Assembly (NCBI GenBank): GCA_963781585.1
Contig: CAWAGQ010000002.1
Location: 1 to 64,000, forward strand
Direction: 5' to 3'
Length of the DNA stretch: 64,000 nt
Source of the DNA: an uncultured Gemmatimonadaceae bacterium
Lineage (GTDB): Bacteria > Gemmatimonadota > Gemmatimonadetes > Gemmatimonadales > Gemmatimonadaceae
Shown: in pieces, positions 1 through 10,828 of the stretch
How the letters are laid out: the number at the start of each line of letters is the position of its first letter
How positions within the stretch are numbered: the first letter of the stretch is position 1
Program-made: the position numbers and the translations under genes
Notes under the pieces: model-generated
What the model saw: the letters and a program-made list of their open reading frames with translations, nothing else
Databases searched by the model: none
What the model was told of the DNA's origin: nothing

Positions 1-643
1 GCTGCGGCTGGAGCGCGCCACCGGCGGACACGACGTGATCCTGGTGGCCGATCCCGGGTTGTTCGCCAACCGGCAGCTGCGGGAGACGCGGGCCGGACCG
101 TTCGTGCTGTCGCTGCTGGCGCGGCGGTACGATCGCGTCACGTTCGACGAATATCAGCAGGGTTTCGGGCCGTCCGGTTCGCTGGCCCGCGCGCTGTTCA
201 GCTGGAGCCTGCGGTCACCGTTAGGCTGGGGTGTCTGGCAGGCGGCGCTCGCCGGCACGTTGGCGTTGATCGTGACCGGAGTGCGTTTCGGGCCGCCGCG
301 CGCGTCGACCGAGCGGAAGCGGCGGGAATCGCTGGAGCACGTGCGCGCCCTGGCCACGGCTCTGGCGGCGGCGCGTGGCCACGACGTGGCGATCGACTCG
401 CTGGTGCAGGGGCTGCGGCGCCGCCTGTCGCCGGGTGCGCGACGCACGCGAGAATCGGCGCGTGCATGGCTGGCGTCGCTGGAGCAGCAGACCATGCCGC
501 CGCCGGCGCGTGCGGCCCTTCGTGAACTGGAAACTCTCGCCGCGCCGGGGCAGAACGAGGAGGCGGTGCTTCGTGCCGCCAATGACGTGGAGGACGTGTG
601 GGACACGCTTCGACAATCGACTCCGGCGAACTGGCGTCGCTGA
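1..643 (+). CDS. DUF4350-type membrane protein of the MoxR/DUF58 operon, 5' end outside window
   Basis: Frame is open from the window start. Has 'VTFDEYQQG', a TM helix, 'RFGPP' and 'SLEHVRALA', typical of DUF4350 proteins upstream of moxR. Confidence 0.7.
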   Translation, partial: LRLERATGGHDVILVADPGLFANRQLRETRAGPFVLSLLARRYDRVTFDEYQQGFGPSGSLARALFSWSLRSPLGWGVWQAALAGTLALIVTGVRFGPPRASTERKRRESLEHVRALATALAAARGHDVAIDSLVQGLRRRLSPGARRTRESARAWLASLEQQTMPPPARAALRELETLAAPGQNEEAVLRAANDVEDVWDTLRQSTPANWRR

Positions 644-1578
644 CCGCCGCCGCCACGCGCGTGCTCGATCAACTGCGCCGGGTGGTGCTCGGCCAGGACG
701 CCGCGCTGCGCGAGGCGCTGCTGGCGCTCCTGAGCCGCGGCCAGTGCTGCTGGAGGGACCGCCGGGCACCGCCAAGACGCTCCTGGTGCGCGCGCTGAGC
801 CGCGCGCTTGGCCTGGGCTTCCGGCGAATCCAGTTCACGCCCGATCTCATGCCGTCGGACATCACGGCGTGAGCATGCTGGCCGGGCCGGGACGTTCACG
901 TTTCGCGCCGGGCCGCTCTTCGCCGACCTGATCCTCGGCGACGAGATCAATCGCGCGCCGGCCAAGACGCAGGCGGCGATGCTCGAGGCGATGCAGGAGC
1001 GCAGCGTGACGGTGGATGGCGTGACGCATGCCCTGAGCGCGGCCTTCACCGTGTTCGCCACCCAGAATCCGATCGAGTTCGAGGGGACGTATCCGCTGCC
1101 GGAGGCGGAGCTGGACCGGTTCCTGGTGAAGACGCTGATCACCTATCCCGACGATGAGGCGGAACAGGGCCTGTTGCACCGGGTGCTCGAGGGATTCGAG
1201 GCTGCCGAACCGGAGAGCTACGGGATCGAGCGCGCGATCGACCGCGACGGGCTGGTGGCGCTGCAGCGGGCGGTGCGACGGGTGCGGGTGGAACCGGCGC
1301 TGCTGGCGTACGTGACCGCGATCGTGCGCGCTACGCGCGGTGCGCCGTCGCTCACGTTAGGCGGGTCGCCGCGGGCGAGCGTGGCGCTGCTCACCATGTC
1401 GCAGGCGTCGGCGCTGCTCGATGGACGGGACTACGTCGTCCCCGACGACATCAAGGCGCTGGCCCGGCCGGTGCTGCGGCACCGGGTCACGCTGGCCCCC
1501 GAGCTGGAGCTCGAAGGGGTCACCCCCGACGCCGCGATCCAGTCGCTCCTGGAGCGGGTGGAGGTACCACGCACATGA
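598..1578 (+). CDS. moxR: MoxR-family AAA+ ATPase, split by two apparent 1-bp deletions (about 745 and 868)
   Basis: Three consecutive frames give RVVLGQ / [11 protein letters not shown] (Walker A)...[14 protein letters not shown] / [20 protein letters not shown]...[22 protein letters not shown]. Confidence 0.9.
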
Positions 1579-2897
1579 TCATCCCCGCGCGCCGGTGGTT
1601 CGCGGGCGCCGCGGCGTTAGGCGTGATCGCTCCGGTGGCGCTGGTCTGGTCGCCGGCCGCGGTGGTGCTGGTGGCGGCCGACGTGGTGTGGATCGCCGCC
1701 CTGGTGGCCGACGCAGTGCGGGTCGCCCGTCTCCGGTGGTCGGAGATCGTCGTGCGCCGCGAAACGTCGCCGGCGTTCTCCGTGGGCCGGTCGCTCCCGG
1801 CGACGCTCGTCTGGCGAAACGAGTCCGATCGCCCGCTCGACCTGCAGGTGCGCGAGGAGGTGGCGTCGATCATCACGCTCGCCGCACCCGTGCAGCGCGC
1901 GCTGCACCTCGATCCGGGCGCCACTGCGCGCGAGGAGCTGACCGTCCGGCCGCTGCAGCGCGGCAAGGAATCCGCCGGGCGCCTTCACCTGCGGCTCCGC
2001 GGCCCCCGGGGGCTCGCCTGGCGCCAGGGGACCATCGACCTCCCGTGGCACGTGACCGTCTACCCGAATCTCGTGGGCGCATCGCTCCGCACGCTCCCCA
2101 CCCAGACCCAGCGGCGGCGGGAAGCCGGCCAGCGGAGCGTGCGTCGCATCGGTGAAGGACGCGTTTTCGAGAGCCTGCGGGAATGGGTTCCCGGCGACGA
2201 CACGCGCACCATCGACTGGAAGGCCACCGCCCGCCGTGGAAAAGTCATGGCGCGCCAGTACGAGGACGAACGCCGCCAGGAAGTGCTGATCGTCATCGAT
2301 GCGGGACGCATGCTGACCGCCGAGGTGGATGGCGTGCCGCGTCTGGAAGCGGTGGCCGAGGCAGCGCTGCACCTCGCCTATTCCGCGGTCGCACACGACG
2401 ACAACGTCGCGCTGATGGCGTTCGCCGACGAGGTGCAGCTGTTCGTGCCGCCGGCGCGGGGGCAGCGCGCGCTGCGCGGCGTGCTGGACGGCCTGGCGTC
2501 CATCGAGGGTCGCCTGGTGGAACCGAACTACCCCGCCGCCTTTGCCTATCTCGCGACGCGCAACCGGAAGCGCGCCCTGACCGTCCTGTTCACCGACGTC
2601 ATCGACCGCACCGCGAGTGAGGCGCTGCTCGCCCACGTCGCGTCACTTCGGCCGCGCCACCTGCCGCTCGCTGTCACGCTGCGCGACCCGCAACTCGAGC
2701 GTGTGGCCAACGCCCGCCCGCATACGGGCACCGAAGCGTTCGAGCGCGCGGCGGCCGAAGAGCTCCTGATCGAGCGCGAAGAGGCGCTGGCCGAGATGCG
2801 CCGCAGCGGCGTCCTGGTGCTGGACGTGCCGCCGGCGGCCGCGGCGCGCGCGGTCGTGGAGCAATACATCGCGCTCAAGCGGCGCGCCGCGATCTGA
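1575..2897 (+). CDS. DUF58 domain protein (vWA-like MoxR partner)
   Basis: FESLREWVPGDDTRTIDWKATARRGKVMARQYEDER motif; ATGA overlap with moxR. Confidence 0.9.
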   Translation: MIIPARRWFAGAAALGVIAPVALVWSPAAVVLVAADVVWIAALVADAVRVARLRWSEIVVRRETSPAFSVGRSLPATLVWRNESDRPLDLQVREEVASIITLAAPVQRALHLDPGATAREELTVRPLQRGKESAGRLHLRLRGPRGLAWRQGTIDLPWHVTVYPNLVGASLRTLPTQTQRRREAGQRSVRRIGEGRVFESLREWVPGDDTRTIDWKATARRGKVMARQYEDERRQEVLIVIDAGRMLTAEVDGVPRLEAVAEAALHLAYSAVAHDDNVALMAFADEVQLFVPPARGQRALRGVLDGLASIEGRLVEPNYPAAFAYLATRNRKRALTVLFTDVIDRTASEALLAHVASLRPRHLPLAVTLRDPQLERVANARPHTGTEAFERAAAEELLIEREEALAEMRRSGVLVLDVPPAAAARAVVEQYIALKRRAAI

Positions 2898-2973
2898 GCG
2901 CCGAAACACCGGTCATCCCGCCGAGAGCCCGCCGCGCCAGCGAGGGCGACGAGCGATCTCTCAGGCGCCCGAC

Positions 2974-3345
2974 CTACTTCTTCGTCGTGACGAGAATGAC
3001 GTACTGCACCCTCGACCCCCAGCGCATCTGCGCCTCGGAGGGCGTGAGGTAGCGCACTTCCTGTACACCACCGACTTCGATGTCCCGCAGCGTGCCCGAG
3101 AACGGCGTGTTGTCGACGAAGATGCTCGCCTGCCCCCACATCGGCCGGATCTGACGGACCAGGTCCGACACGCTGCTCACGCCCGGGTGCTGGGCGATCT
3201 CGTCGGCGGTGATGACGTTCGTGCGTCGGCTGGCCGCGGCGGTACGCGGCGCTTCGGCCGAGCCGGCGGTGGCGCTGCCGCCACCGCTGGCGCAGGCCAT
3301 AAGCGTTGCGGCAAGGGTCACAGAGAGAAACGTCGAGCTGCGCAT
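2974..3345 (-). CDS. Small lipoprotein with TonB-plug-like domain
   Basis: Lipobox LMAC, then 'NVITADEI', 'DLVRQIRP', 'IFVD', 'VQEVRYL...VILVTTK', resembling plug-domain motifs. Confidence 0.6.
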   Translation of the reverse strand: MRSSTFLSVTLAATLMACASGGGSATAGSAEAPRTAAASRRTNVITADEIAQHPGVSSVSDLVRQIRPMWGQASIFVDNTPFSGTLRDIEVGGVQEVRYLTPSEAQMRWGSRVQYVILVTTKK

Positions 3346-3422
3346 GGGGGCTCCGGATGGGGTGAGAGGTCGCGTGGTCCGGGTCGGGAAGAAGAGGGGA
3401 TCCGGAACGATGCGCAAGAGTA

Positions 3423-3513
3423 GCCGGGCGGCGTCACGTCACATGAACGCCGCTCCGTCGATGCCGGGCGGCGTCACGTCACATGAACGCCGCTCCGTCG
3501 ATGCCGGGCGGCG
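3423..3513. repeat. Perfect 40-bp tandem duplication covering the 3' end of the phosphodiesterase gene
   Basis: gccgggcggcgtcacgtcacatgaacgccgctccgtcgat at 3423-3462 and 3463-3502, followed by a partial unit gccgggcggcg. Confidence 0.95.
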
Positions 3514-4939
3514 CGTCGATCCCGAGCACCCGGAGCACCGATGGCATCACGTCCACCGTGCGACGCGGACGCCGTGCTGGAGGCCGGCTCAGGAGCAACG
3601 GGACCAGCATGTGATCCCGGTGGAGGGCGCCGTGCGTGGAGCGGTGCGGGATCGGCTCGTACCAGTCCCGGAAGTCCCACCGCGGCGCGGCGGAGAGGAT
3701 GATGTCGCCCGAGCGTGCCGCGCCCGCGAGCTCGGCAATCTGCACCACCGCGTCCGGATAGTCTCCATCGATCGAGGCCTCGAGCAACGCATCCGCGCAC
3801 TCGCGATCGAGCTCGCCAAGATCCAGTGGGTCGCCGTCGACCGGATGGTACGAGTAGCGTGCATCGCCGAGCCGCGGCTGCGCGGCGCCCCTGCCCCAAG
3901 TGGCCGGCGCCGCAGGGTGCCGTGTGATCAACGCGCTGCCGCGGCCGCGCGCGCACACCTCCACGTGATCGGGATCGTGCGCCCGGATCAGGAGGTCGAC
4001 CGACGGCCGCTCGCCAAGGTCTGCGGCGAAGTCGCTCCATCGGTCGCACAACGCGGGCCAGAATGGACGCGTTCGATGCTCGATCTCGAGGTACAGGTGC
4101 GCCATCGCGTTGCCGCTTACCATCACCGCCACGTCGGCAGGGAACATGGTGAACGGGTGCGCGCGCACGCGGAGCCCGGCGGCACGCAGGGCCGTGGCCA
4201 GATCGTCGTGGCGGTGCACCGGCGAGTGTCCGTGATCGCTCACGATCCAGAGGTGCATGGTGCGCCAGCGTCCGTCGTACTCCGCGTCGCGGCGAACGGC
4301 GGCGACGGCATCGTCCACGGCGCGCAGGGCTTCGGTCACCAGCGGCGAGTCGTGGCCGGCCGCGTGCGACATCTTGTCGACGCCCGGGAACGCGGCCATG
4401 GCGAAGCGCGGGCGATCGCGCCGGATGCGGTCCACCACGCGCGCCGCGACCCGGCGCTCGAGGTCGAGCCATCCACGGGGATTACCACGCCCGTGGGTCC
4501 ACGCGGCCCGGGCCGAGATGCCGATGGTCGTCCCCACGCGCTGCCGGCCGCCCAGGCCGCGATCGATGAGGCTCAGCGAACCTAACGATTGCCCCGGGGT
4601 GAGCTCGAACAGCGTGGGCGATCGGACGTCGAGGTCGGAGTCCAGGGCGTGGATGTCGAATCCCACGTAGCTGCGCGAATACCCGAGGAGGGGGCGCACA
4701 CGCCGCTGGCGATCGTACCATCGGAGTCCCGGCAGTCCGGCCGGCCCGGGGAGTCGTCCCACCAGAAATGGGGCGTAGGCCACCCCGGTCACGCTCGGGA
4801 ATGCGGTGACGACGGTGTGCAGCGCGCCTTCCTCGCGGAGCATCGCAAGCGCCGGTGCCTCGCCCCGATCGATCGCACAGCGCAGCGTGTCGGGGCGGAG
4901 ACCGTCGGCGAGGAGAATGATGACGGAGGTGGAGGTCAA
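3479..4939 (-). CDS. Alkaline phosphatase superfamily / nucleotide pyrophosphatase-phosphodiesterase
   Basis: LADGLRPD, FPSVT (nucleophile Thr), DKMSH, VSDHGH and THGAL motifs. Confidence 0.85.
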   Translation of the reverse strand: MTSTSVIILLADGLRPDTLRCAIDRGEAPALAMLREEGALHTVVTAFPSVTGVAYAPFLVGRLPGPAGLPGLRWYDRQRRVRPLLGYSRSYVGFDIHALDSDLDVRSPTLFELTPGQSLGSLSLIDRGLGGRQRVGTTIGISARAAWTHGRGNPRGWLDLERRVAARVVDRIRRDRPRFAMAAFPGVDKMSHAAGHDSPLVTEALRAVDDAVAAVRRDAEYDGRWRTMHLWIVSDHGHSPVHRHDDLATALRAAGLRVRAHPFTMFPADVAVMVSGNAMAHLYLEIEHRTRPFWPALCDRWSDFAADLGERPSVDLLIRAHDPDHVEVCARGRGSALITRHPAAPATWGRGAAQPRLGDARYSYHPVDGDPLDLGELDRECADALLEASIDGDYPDAVVQIAELAGAARSGDIILSAAPRWDFRDWYEPIPHRSTHGALHRDHMLVPLLLSRPPARRPRRTVDVMPSVLRVLGIDAPPGIDGAAFM

Positions 4940-5050
4940 GGATCAGAGGTCGTGGGTCTGCCGCCCCTTCGCTGGCGCACTGCGGCATCCCGTCGGTAAA
5001 CTCAGGCGCGCCGAGACTTCCGGATTCCTGCCGAACACCGTACCCCGAGG

Positions 5051-6061
5051 GTGATGCCGAAGCGAAAGCAGCCGAGCCGCAAGTCTGTCCGGAAGCCCCC
5101 TGCCGCGGGGGACGCAGGAACCGGCGACGAGGGCGCCGGGCATGGCGCCGATCAGCCCGCCATCGTCGGCCGCATAACGCGGTCGCGGCGCATCGATCCG
5201 GCGCGGCGCGCCTCCGCCGAACAACGCTCGCGCGACTATCTCCGCGAGCGGACCGAGGAAGGACACCTCCGCGCCGGGCGCACGCCCCCGTCGCAGATGC
5301 TCGAGGGCCACACCGCCGGCGCGATCCGCGAGATCGACACCTCCATCCGCACCTACTTCCCGCTGACCGAGGACGCGAAGCTGCTGCGCCAGCGCGGTGC
5401 ACCCCTCGACGATTTTACCCAGACCGACCCCTGGCGCGTGCTGCGCATCATGGGCGAGTTCATCGAGGGCTTCGACGTCTTCGCCTGGCTGGAGAAAGGG
5501 GTGACCATCTTCGGATCGGCGCGCACCGGCCCCGACGACCCGATGTATCAGGCGGCGCAGGAAACGGCGCAGCTGCTGGCCAACGCGGGCTTCGCGATCA
5601 TCACCGGCGCCGGCCCCGGTATCATGGAAGCGGCCAACAAGGGTGCGCGACTTGGTGGCGCGCGCTCGATCGGCTGCAACATCGAGCTTCCGTTCGAGCA
5701 GGGCACCAATCCGTACGTCGATACCGTGGTGAACTTCCGCTACTTCTTCGTCCGCAAGACGATGTTCATGAAGTACTCGAACGCGTTCGTGATTTTCCCG
5801 GGCGGCTTCGGCACGCTCGACGAGCTGTTCGAGGCGCTCACGCTCATCCAGACGGGAAAGATCTACCAGTTCCCGCTGATCCTGTTCGGACGACACTACT
5901 GGGCGGGGCTGGTGCGATGGCTGCACTCGCGCGTCCTCGGCGAGCGCAAGATCGCGCCCGGCGACCTCGAGCTGATGCTGCTGACCGACGAACCGCGCGA
6001 GGCGGCCGAAGCCATCATCGCCGCCTACGATTCGCAGCAGCGGGAAGCGCGGAAGCGGTGA
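5051..6061 (+). CDS. LOG family (TIGR00730) Rossmann-fold nucleotide phosphoribohydrolase with N-terminal extension
   Basis: VTIFGSAR, TGAGPGIMEAANKGA, FFVRKTMF and PGGFGTLDELFE motifs. Confidence 0.9.
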   Translation: MMPKRKQPSRKSVRKPPAAGDAGTGDEGAGHGADQPAIVGRITRSRRIDPARRASAEQRSRDYLRERTEEGHLRAGRTPPSQMLEGHTAGAIREIDTSIRTYFPLTEDAKLLRQRGAPLDDFTQTDPWRVLRIMGEFIEGFDVFAWLEKGVTIFGSARTGPDDPMYQAAQETAQLLANAGFAIITGAGPGIMEAANKGARLGGARSIGCNIELPFEQGTNPYVDTVVNFRYFFVRKTMFMKYSNAFVIFPGGFGTLDELFEALTLIQTGKIYQFPLILFGRHYWAGLVRWLHSRVLGERKIAPGDLELMLLTDEPREAAEAIIAAYDSQQREARKR

Positions 6062-6156
6062 GTGTCAGGATCGGTGCGATGGTCCACGAGGCCTTGCCGT
6101 GCGCGCGGTAGTCGAAGGGACTCCTGACCAACCCATGACCGGAAGCCGCCCTCTCC

Positions 6157-7401
6157 ATGGCTGAACGGAAGAAGAAGAAGACCGGCCGCGCCCTCGGCCT
6201 GAAGGCGTCGCGCGTCGGACGTCCCGTGCAGCGCGCCACCGCCGGCGGCCCGAAGGCCGAGCAGAAGCAGGCGGCTGAGGAGCGCGAGCGCGCCGGCGCG
6301 GCCCATCTGGCCGCCGAGCGGAGCCGGTTCCTGCGCGGACGCCGCATCGATCCGCGCCCCATCGATGGCGGCGAGCGCGTGGCCGATCTGATCGACGAAA
6401 CGTTCCTCGCCTACAACGCGGGCCGGCTTCGTGAAGCCTGCCAGCTCTTCGCGGAGAAGATGCTCGCGCCTGACGTGACGGTGGGTCTGACCATGACCGG
6501 CGCGCTCACGCCGGCCGGACTCGGGATGTCGGCCATCATCCCGCTCATCGACGCCGGCTTCGTCGACTGGATCATCTCCACCGGCGCCAATCTGTACCAC
6601 GACACCCACTTCGGGCTCGGGCTGTCGATGCACCAGGGGAACGCGCAGACGTCGGACATCGTGCTGCGCGAGGAAGGCGTCGTCCGGATCTACGACATCT
6701 TCTTCGACTACGACGTCCTGCTGTCCACCGACGCCTTCTTCCGCACCATCATCCAGGGCCCGGAGTTTCAGCGCGCGATGTCGAGCGCCGAGTTCCACTC
6801 GCTATGCGGCAGGTACGTGCGGGAGCGGGAACGGGTGCTCGGGATCGGCCGGAAATCGCTGCTCGGCGCGGCCTATGACGGCGGGGTGCCGATCTACACC
6901 TCATCGCCGGGGGATTCGTCGATCGGGATGAACGTCGCCGCGCTGGCGCTGTCGGGGAACCGATGCGTCATCGACCCGAACGCCGACGTGAACGAGACCG
7001 CGGCGATCGTCCTCGACGCCAAGCGCAAGGGCGGGAAGAGCGGCGTGGTCATACTCGGCGGCGGGAGTCCCAAGAATTTCGCGCTGCAGACCGAGCCGCA
7101 GATCCAGGAAGTGCTGGGCATCGACGAGAAGGGGCACGACTACTTCCTGCAGATCACCGACGCGCGCCCGGACACCGGCGGGCTGTCGGGCGCCACGCCG
7201 GCGGAGGCGGTGAGCTGGGGGAAGATCGACCCCGACCGGCTTCCCGATGCTGTGGTCTGCTATCTCGATTCGACGGTGGCCCTGCCGCTGCTCACGTCGT
7301 ACGCGCTGGCGCGGCGCAAGAAACGCCGGCTGCGGCGCCTCTATGCGAGACGCGCGCAGCTGATGCGCAGGCTCAAGCGAGAGCTGGTTAAGGCGAGGTA
7401 G
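6157..7401 (+). CDS. Deoxyhypusine-synthase-like protein (probable homospermidine synthase)
   Basis: [32 protein letters not shown] and [17 protein letters not shown] motifs. Confidence 0.85.
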   Translation: MAERKKKKTGRALGLKASRVGRPVQRATAGGPKAEQKQAAEERERAGAAHLAAERSRFLRGRRIDPRPIDGGERVADLIDETFLAYNAGRLREACQLFAEKMLAPDVTVGLTMTGALTPAGLGMSAIIPLIDAGFVDWIISTGANLYHDTHFGLGLSMHQGNAQTSDIVLREEGVVRIYDIFFDYDVLLSTDAFFRTIIQGPEFQRAMSSAEFHSLCGRYVRERERVLGIGRKSLLGAAYDGGVPIYTSSPGDSSIGMNVAALALSGNRCVIDPNADVNETAAIVLDAKRKGGKSGVVILGGGSPKNFALQTEPQIQEVLGIDEKGHDYFLQITDARPDTGGLSGATPAEAVSWGKIDPDRLPDAVVCYLDSTVALPLLTSYALARRKKRRLRRLYARRAQLMRRLKRELVKAR

Positions 7402-7422
7402 GGGCCTGGTCTTCGACCTCCC

Positions 7423-7538
7423 TCTGGCCTTTGGCCTCTGGCCGCTGGCCGCTGGCCGCTGGCCGCTGGCCTTTGGCCTTTGGCCTCTGGCCTCTGGCCT
7501 TTGGCCTTTGGCCTCTGGCCTATGGCAGGCCTTTGGCC
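7423..7538. repeat. Heptamer tandem repeat (TGGCCTY/TGGCCGC) between convergent genes
   Basis: About 15 consecutive 7-bp units read directly. Confidence 0.9.
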
Positions 7539-8344
7539 TCCCCATGACCCATGGCCTGCGGCCGAATCCCGCGCAGCACCGCGCTAACCAAATTGCGTTT
7601 CGAGTATTCGCCCGCCGAGAAGATCCCCGGAAGCCCTTCGCGGCCCAGTACGGCGAGTTGGATCGCGCGGTCGCTCCACCCGCGCGCGGCGAGTTCCTCG
7701 ATGCGCCCGATAACCTCCTCGAGCCACGCCACCTTCGCTTCCAGGGCGCGTACCGGCGAGGGGATGAGCCCGCGATGCGCGTCGAACATCCGCCCCGGGC
7801 CTAACGCGATGGCGGCGCGCAGGCTGCGCGCCAGCTCCCGCGGGCGCTCGTGCAGATGGGCCACGCTCACCTTCACGCCGAGGAACAGGTCGGCCGAGAA
7901 GAGCGTCCCCTCGCGCGCATCCCAGACGACATGATGATCGTGCGCGTGTCCCGGTGAAGACACAAGCCGCAGGTCGGAATCGGTGAGCGGGATGACGTCC
8001 GATTGCAGGGGGACAGGACTGCCCCACGTGAAGCGCCGGTAGAACGCAATGCGGCGCGGGGCGCGCACGTCGGCCAGCGTCGCATCGCTGATCGCCAGTG
8101 GGATCCCCCACCGCGCCAGCCGCTGCACGTTGCCGGCGTGGTCCTCGTGACTGTGGGTGATGAACGCGCCGCCGATCCGCTGTCGCTCGAGGAAGGCCAG
8201 GAGGGGGTGGCCGATGGCGGGGAACCCGGAGTCCACCAGCATGCCGCGCACCAGGTACACGCTCACCGACATGCCGATGAGGCGACTGCGCAGGTGAGTC
8301 AGCTCCAGCCGTGTCACGTCGCCGTGGCGTTCGATCCGGATCAC
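7520..8344 (-). CDS. MBL-fold metallo-hydrolase
   Basis: THSHEDHAGN, PGHAHDH and LFSADLF motifs. Confidence 0.9.
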   Translation of the reverse strand: MIRIERHGDVTRLELTHLRSRLIGMSVSVYLVRGMLVDSGFPAIGHPLLAFLERQRIGGAFITHSHEDHAGNVQRLARWGIPLAISDATLADVRAPRRIAFYRRFTWGSPVPLQSDVIPLTDSDLRLVSSPGHAHDHHVVWDAREGTLFSADLFLGVKVSVAHLHERPRELARSLRAAIALGPGRMFDAHRGLIPSPVRALEAKVAWLEEVIGRIEELAARGWSDRAIQLAVLGREGLPGIFSAGEYSKRNLVSAVLRGIRPQAMGHGEAKGLP

Positions 8345-8470
8345 AGGGGAAGTGTAGCCACGCGCCGCCGGCCGGCGAATTGAAATGCCGCCCGCGCATG
8401 GTTAGGTTGCGGAACATGCAGCGCCCGGCCTGGAGAGGTCGGGCGCTCCCTTTTCTACCCGCGCGCCCCC

Positions 8471-8947
8471 ATGTTCGAGGCCCTGAAGCACAAGCTCGGC
8501 GAGGAAGTCGAGCGGCTCACGCACGAGCTCAACGTCGTGCTGCCCAACGAGATCCGCAAAGCGGTGGAGCTCGGCGACCTGCGCGAGAACAGCGAATACA
8601 AGAGCGCGCTCGAGCGGCAGCAGTTCGTCCAGGCGCGGCTCGGCCAGCTGCGCCAACGGCTGAGCAAGCTGTCGCAGATCGACATCTCGCAGATTCCGGC
8701 CGACAGGGTGGGACTGGGCTCGCGCGTGGTGGTGGAGTGCCAGGAGACGCACATGATGGAGACGTATCACCTCGTCTTCGGCGATTTCGAGAATTTCGAC
8801 GAGGGGCACGTGACGATGTCGTCACCGATCGGCCGCGCGCTCATCGGGAAGGAAGTCGGCGACGACGTGCTGCTCAAGCTTCCGACGCGGGTGCGGCGGC
8901 TCCGGATCGTCCAGCTGCGAACGATCCACGAGGAGAACGGGGCGTAG
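8471..8947 (+). CDS. GreA/GreB-family transcription elongation factor
   Basis: GDLRENSEY and SSPIGRALIGKEVGD motifs. Confidence 0.9.
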   Translation: MFEALKHKLGEEVERLTHELNVVLPNEIRKAVELGDLRENSEYKSALERQQFVQARLGQLRQRLSKLSQIDISQIPADRVGLGSRVVVECQETHMMETYHLVFGDFENFDEGHVTMSSPIGRALIGKEVGDDVLLKLPTRVRRLRIVQLRTIHEENGA

Positions 8948-8972
8948 AGCGGTGCGAGAAGGTGACGGATCG

Positions 8973-9140
8973 TCAGACTGACGATCCGCCGCCAGGAAGC
9001 CGCCTCCGGAGGAACCCGGTGCGCCGGTGCATCGGCAGCGCGAGCTGACGCCTGATCTGTTCGCCGAGCGCCCGCTCCGATTCCTTGCGCAACGCCGAGC
9101 GCACACGACGCGGCCGGCGCCTGGAGCTACGTCTTCTCAC
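8973..9140 (-). CDS. Small basic protein paired with the nucleotidyltransferase (putative TA-like partner)
   Basis: GTG start overlapping the corrected NTase stop; LRKESERALGEQIRRQLALPMHRRTGFLRRRLPGGGS. Confidence 0.45.
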   Translation of the reverse strand: MRRRSSRRRPRRVRSALRKESERALGEQIRRQLALPMHRRTGFLRRRLPGGGSSV

Positions 9141-9584
9141 GGAGTGTTCTCCGCAGGATGGGGAGCACGCCGCGATCCTGAGGACGATTGGCGGCGGCCT
9201 TGCTTCGATGATGTCCGCGAGATCAGCCACGAGCAGGGAGTGATCACCGAAATGCACGGCGGTGGCGCGTGCTCGGAGCGATTCGAACTTCCGGATGCCG
9301 TCGACCTTGGCCATGAAGTCGAGTTGCAGGCCGTCGCGCTCGCGGATGACGCGGTACAGTCCGGACGCAGGATAATATGGATGCATCACAACCGCATCGA
9401 GGTCGTCGGCCAGGCGACGCAGCTTGCGCAGATTGGCGTCCGACTTTCGAAACATGAAGTCGAGGTCGAGGGTGGTGACCGGCGCACCCTGCAGGGCGGC
9501 GGCGGCGTTGCCGATGAGCACCGCATCGAGGCGGTGCTTCGCCAGCAGGCGCGCCGTGAGCGCGAGGAGTCGCTCTGCCGTCAT
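9127..9584 (-). CDS. DUF6036-like nucleotidyltransferase, apparent 1-bp frameshift near 9207
   Basis: LIGNAAAALQGAPVTTLDLDF motif. Shifting frame restores the family C-terminus DII-SKAAANRPQD...EKT*. Confidence 0.7.
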
Positions 9585-9682
9585 GTCTGAAGACTAACGA
9601 CGCTTGCCCGCGCTGGGCCATTGCGGCGCGGCGCGCGCTCCTGGCGAGTCCCGGGGGGGTATCGTGAAGCCTGTCGTGGAGG

Positions 9683-10522
9683 TTGCGTCGTCGTATGCCT
9701 GGACGTGAATTGCAGGAGCAGTATTCGGGCCCGCGAGGGCACGTATATGTCGCGATCGAGGACTCGGCGGGGTGTCGCCGAGCGGTCCGCGCGGCGGTGG
9801 CGGTCGCAGACGAGGTCCACGAAGTGCGGATGCTGGACGAGGTAGAAGAGCAGTCCGAGGTCGATGAGCCGAGAGTGATCATCGTCGGATTGCGAATGCA
9901 GGGGAGAGAGCTCTCCCCGTCGCTGCTGCGAGCGTTCCGCCGACGCGACCCGGTGACGTCGATCATCCTGTGCGTGACGGCGGGCGATCGCGCCATTGGG
10001 AATGTGGCTGGGCTCTGTCGCGCGGGAGTCGACGGCCTGGTGGTGTTTCACCACGGGCAGGAGCACGACTACGAGCTCGTGAAGGAGATCGACGAGCGGC
10101 TGATGCACGCGCTGGCGCCATCGTACCGCGACGCGCTGGCATGGGCCGACCGGTCGCGGGGAGCGTTCGAGCAGGAGTGGGTGGCTCGGAACGCCTGGGA
10201 ACCGCTAGACGTGGTCGACATCGCGGACCAGTTCTCCTTGAGCCCGAAGACTGTCTGCCGCGACCTTAAGGTCATGGGCTGGAAAGACGCCAAACGCGCT
10301 CTCGACGGCGGGCGCCTTCTGCACCTCGGGGCAGTCCTCAACGATGATCGCGTGACACTCGAGCAGGCCGCGGAACAGCTCGCATTCGGGAGTGGCAGCG
10401 CGGTCTCTCATTTCGTACGTCGAGTGACGCGTCGAACGGCGGCAGGCTTTCGAGAGGATGGGGCCATCGCCGCCGCGACCGCCCACTGGACGTCGCGCGG
10501 ACATCCTGGCCCGCGAGGATAG
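9683..10522 (+). CDS. AraC-family regulator with receiver-like N-terminal domain (module copy 1)
   Basis: Two C-terminal HTHs (VVDIADQFSLSPKTVCRDL; TLEQAAEQLAFGSGSAVSHFVRRVT). 'RAGVDGL' is shared with the 46525 and 33100 regulators. Start codon uncertain. Confidence 0.8.
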   Translation: MRRRMPGRELQEQYSGPRGHVYVAIEDSAGCRRAVRAAVAVADEVHEVRMLDEVEEQSEVDEPRVIIVGLRMQGRELSPSLLRAFRRRDPVTSIILCVTAGDRAIGNVAGLCRAGVDGLVVFHHGQEHDYELVKEIDERLMHALAPSYRDALAWADRSRGAFEQEWVARNAWEPLDVVDIADQFSLSPKTVCRDLKVMGWKDAKRALDGGRLLHLGAVLNDDRVTLEQAAEQLAFGSGSAVSHFVRRVTRRTAAGFREDGAIAAATAHWTSRGHPGPRG

Positions 10523-10653
10523 GCTCTCGCTCTCGCCATTGAGCGCTGGTCCGCCGCGTGGTGGCGGCGCCTCGCGGCATCGCTCCGGCCGCAACGGCGG
10601 CGCCCACCGCCGATGCGTCCGACAGCACCGACATCGCGTCAGGCCAAGACTCG

Positions 10654-10688
10654 TGACGGAACCCGTCAACGGTTGTCCGAAATGGTCA
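10654..10688 (+). promoter_or_regulatory. Putative AraC-type direct-repeat operator (20-bp period)
   Basis: TGACGGAAcccGTCA at 10654 and TGTCCGAAatgGTCA at 10674, between regulator and cargo. Confidence 0.4.
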
Positions 10689-10828
10689 TTGTCGAACCAC
10701 AGGTTGGCCTCGAGATTGACGACCGCTTGCGCCCTCGTTACGTCGTCCAGCCGGTTCATCGGCCTGCGAGTGTCTCGCCAGCCTCGACATCCTGAGGAGC
10801 TGTTGATGTTCACCAGTGTGACGGCGCC

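Noticed and set aside
7423..7538. CRISPR array at the heptamer tracts or the 40-bp repeat
   Set aside because: There are no unique spacers and no cas genes; these are simple tandem repeats.
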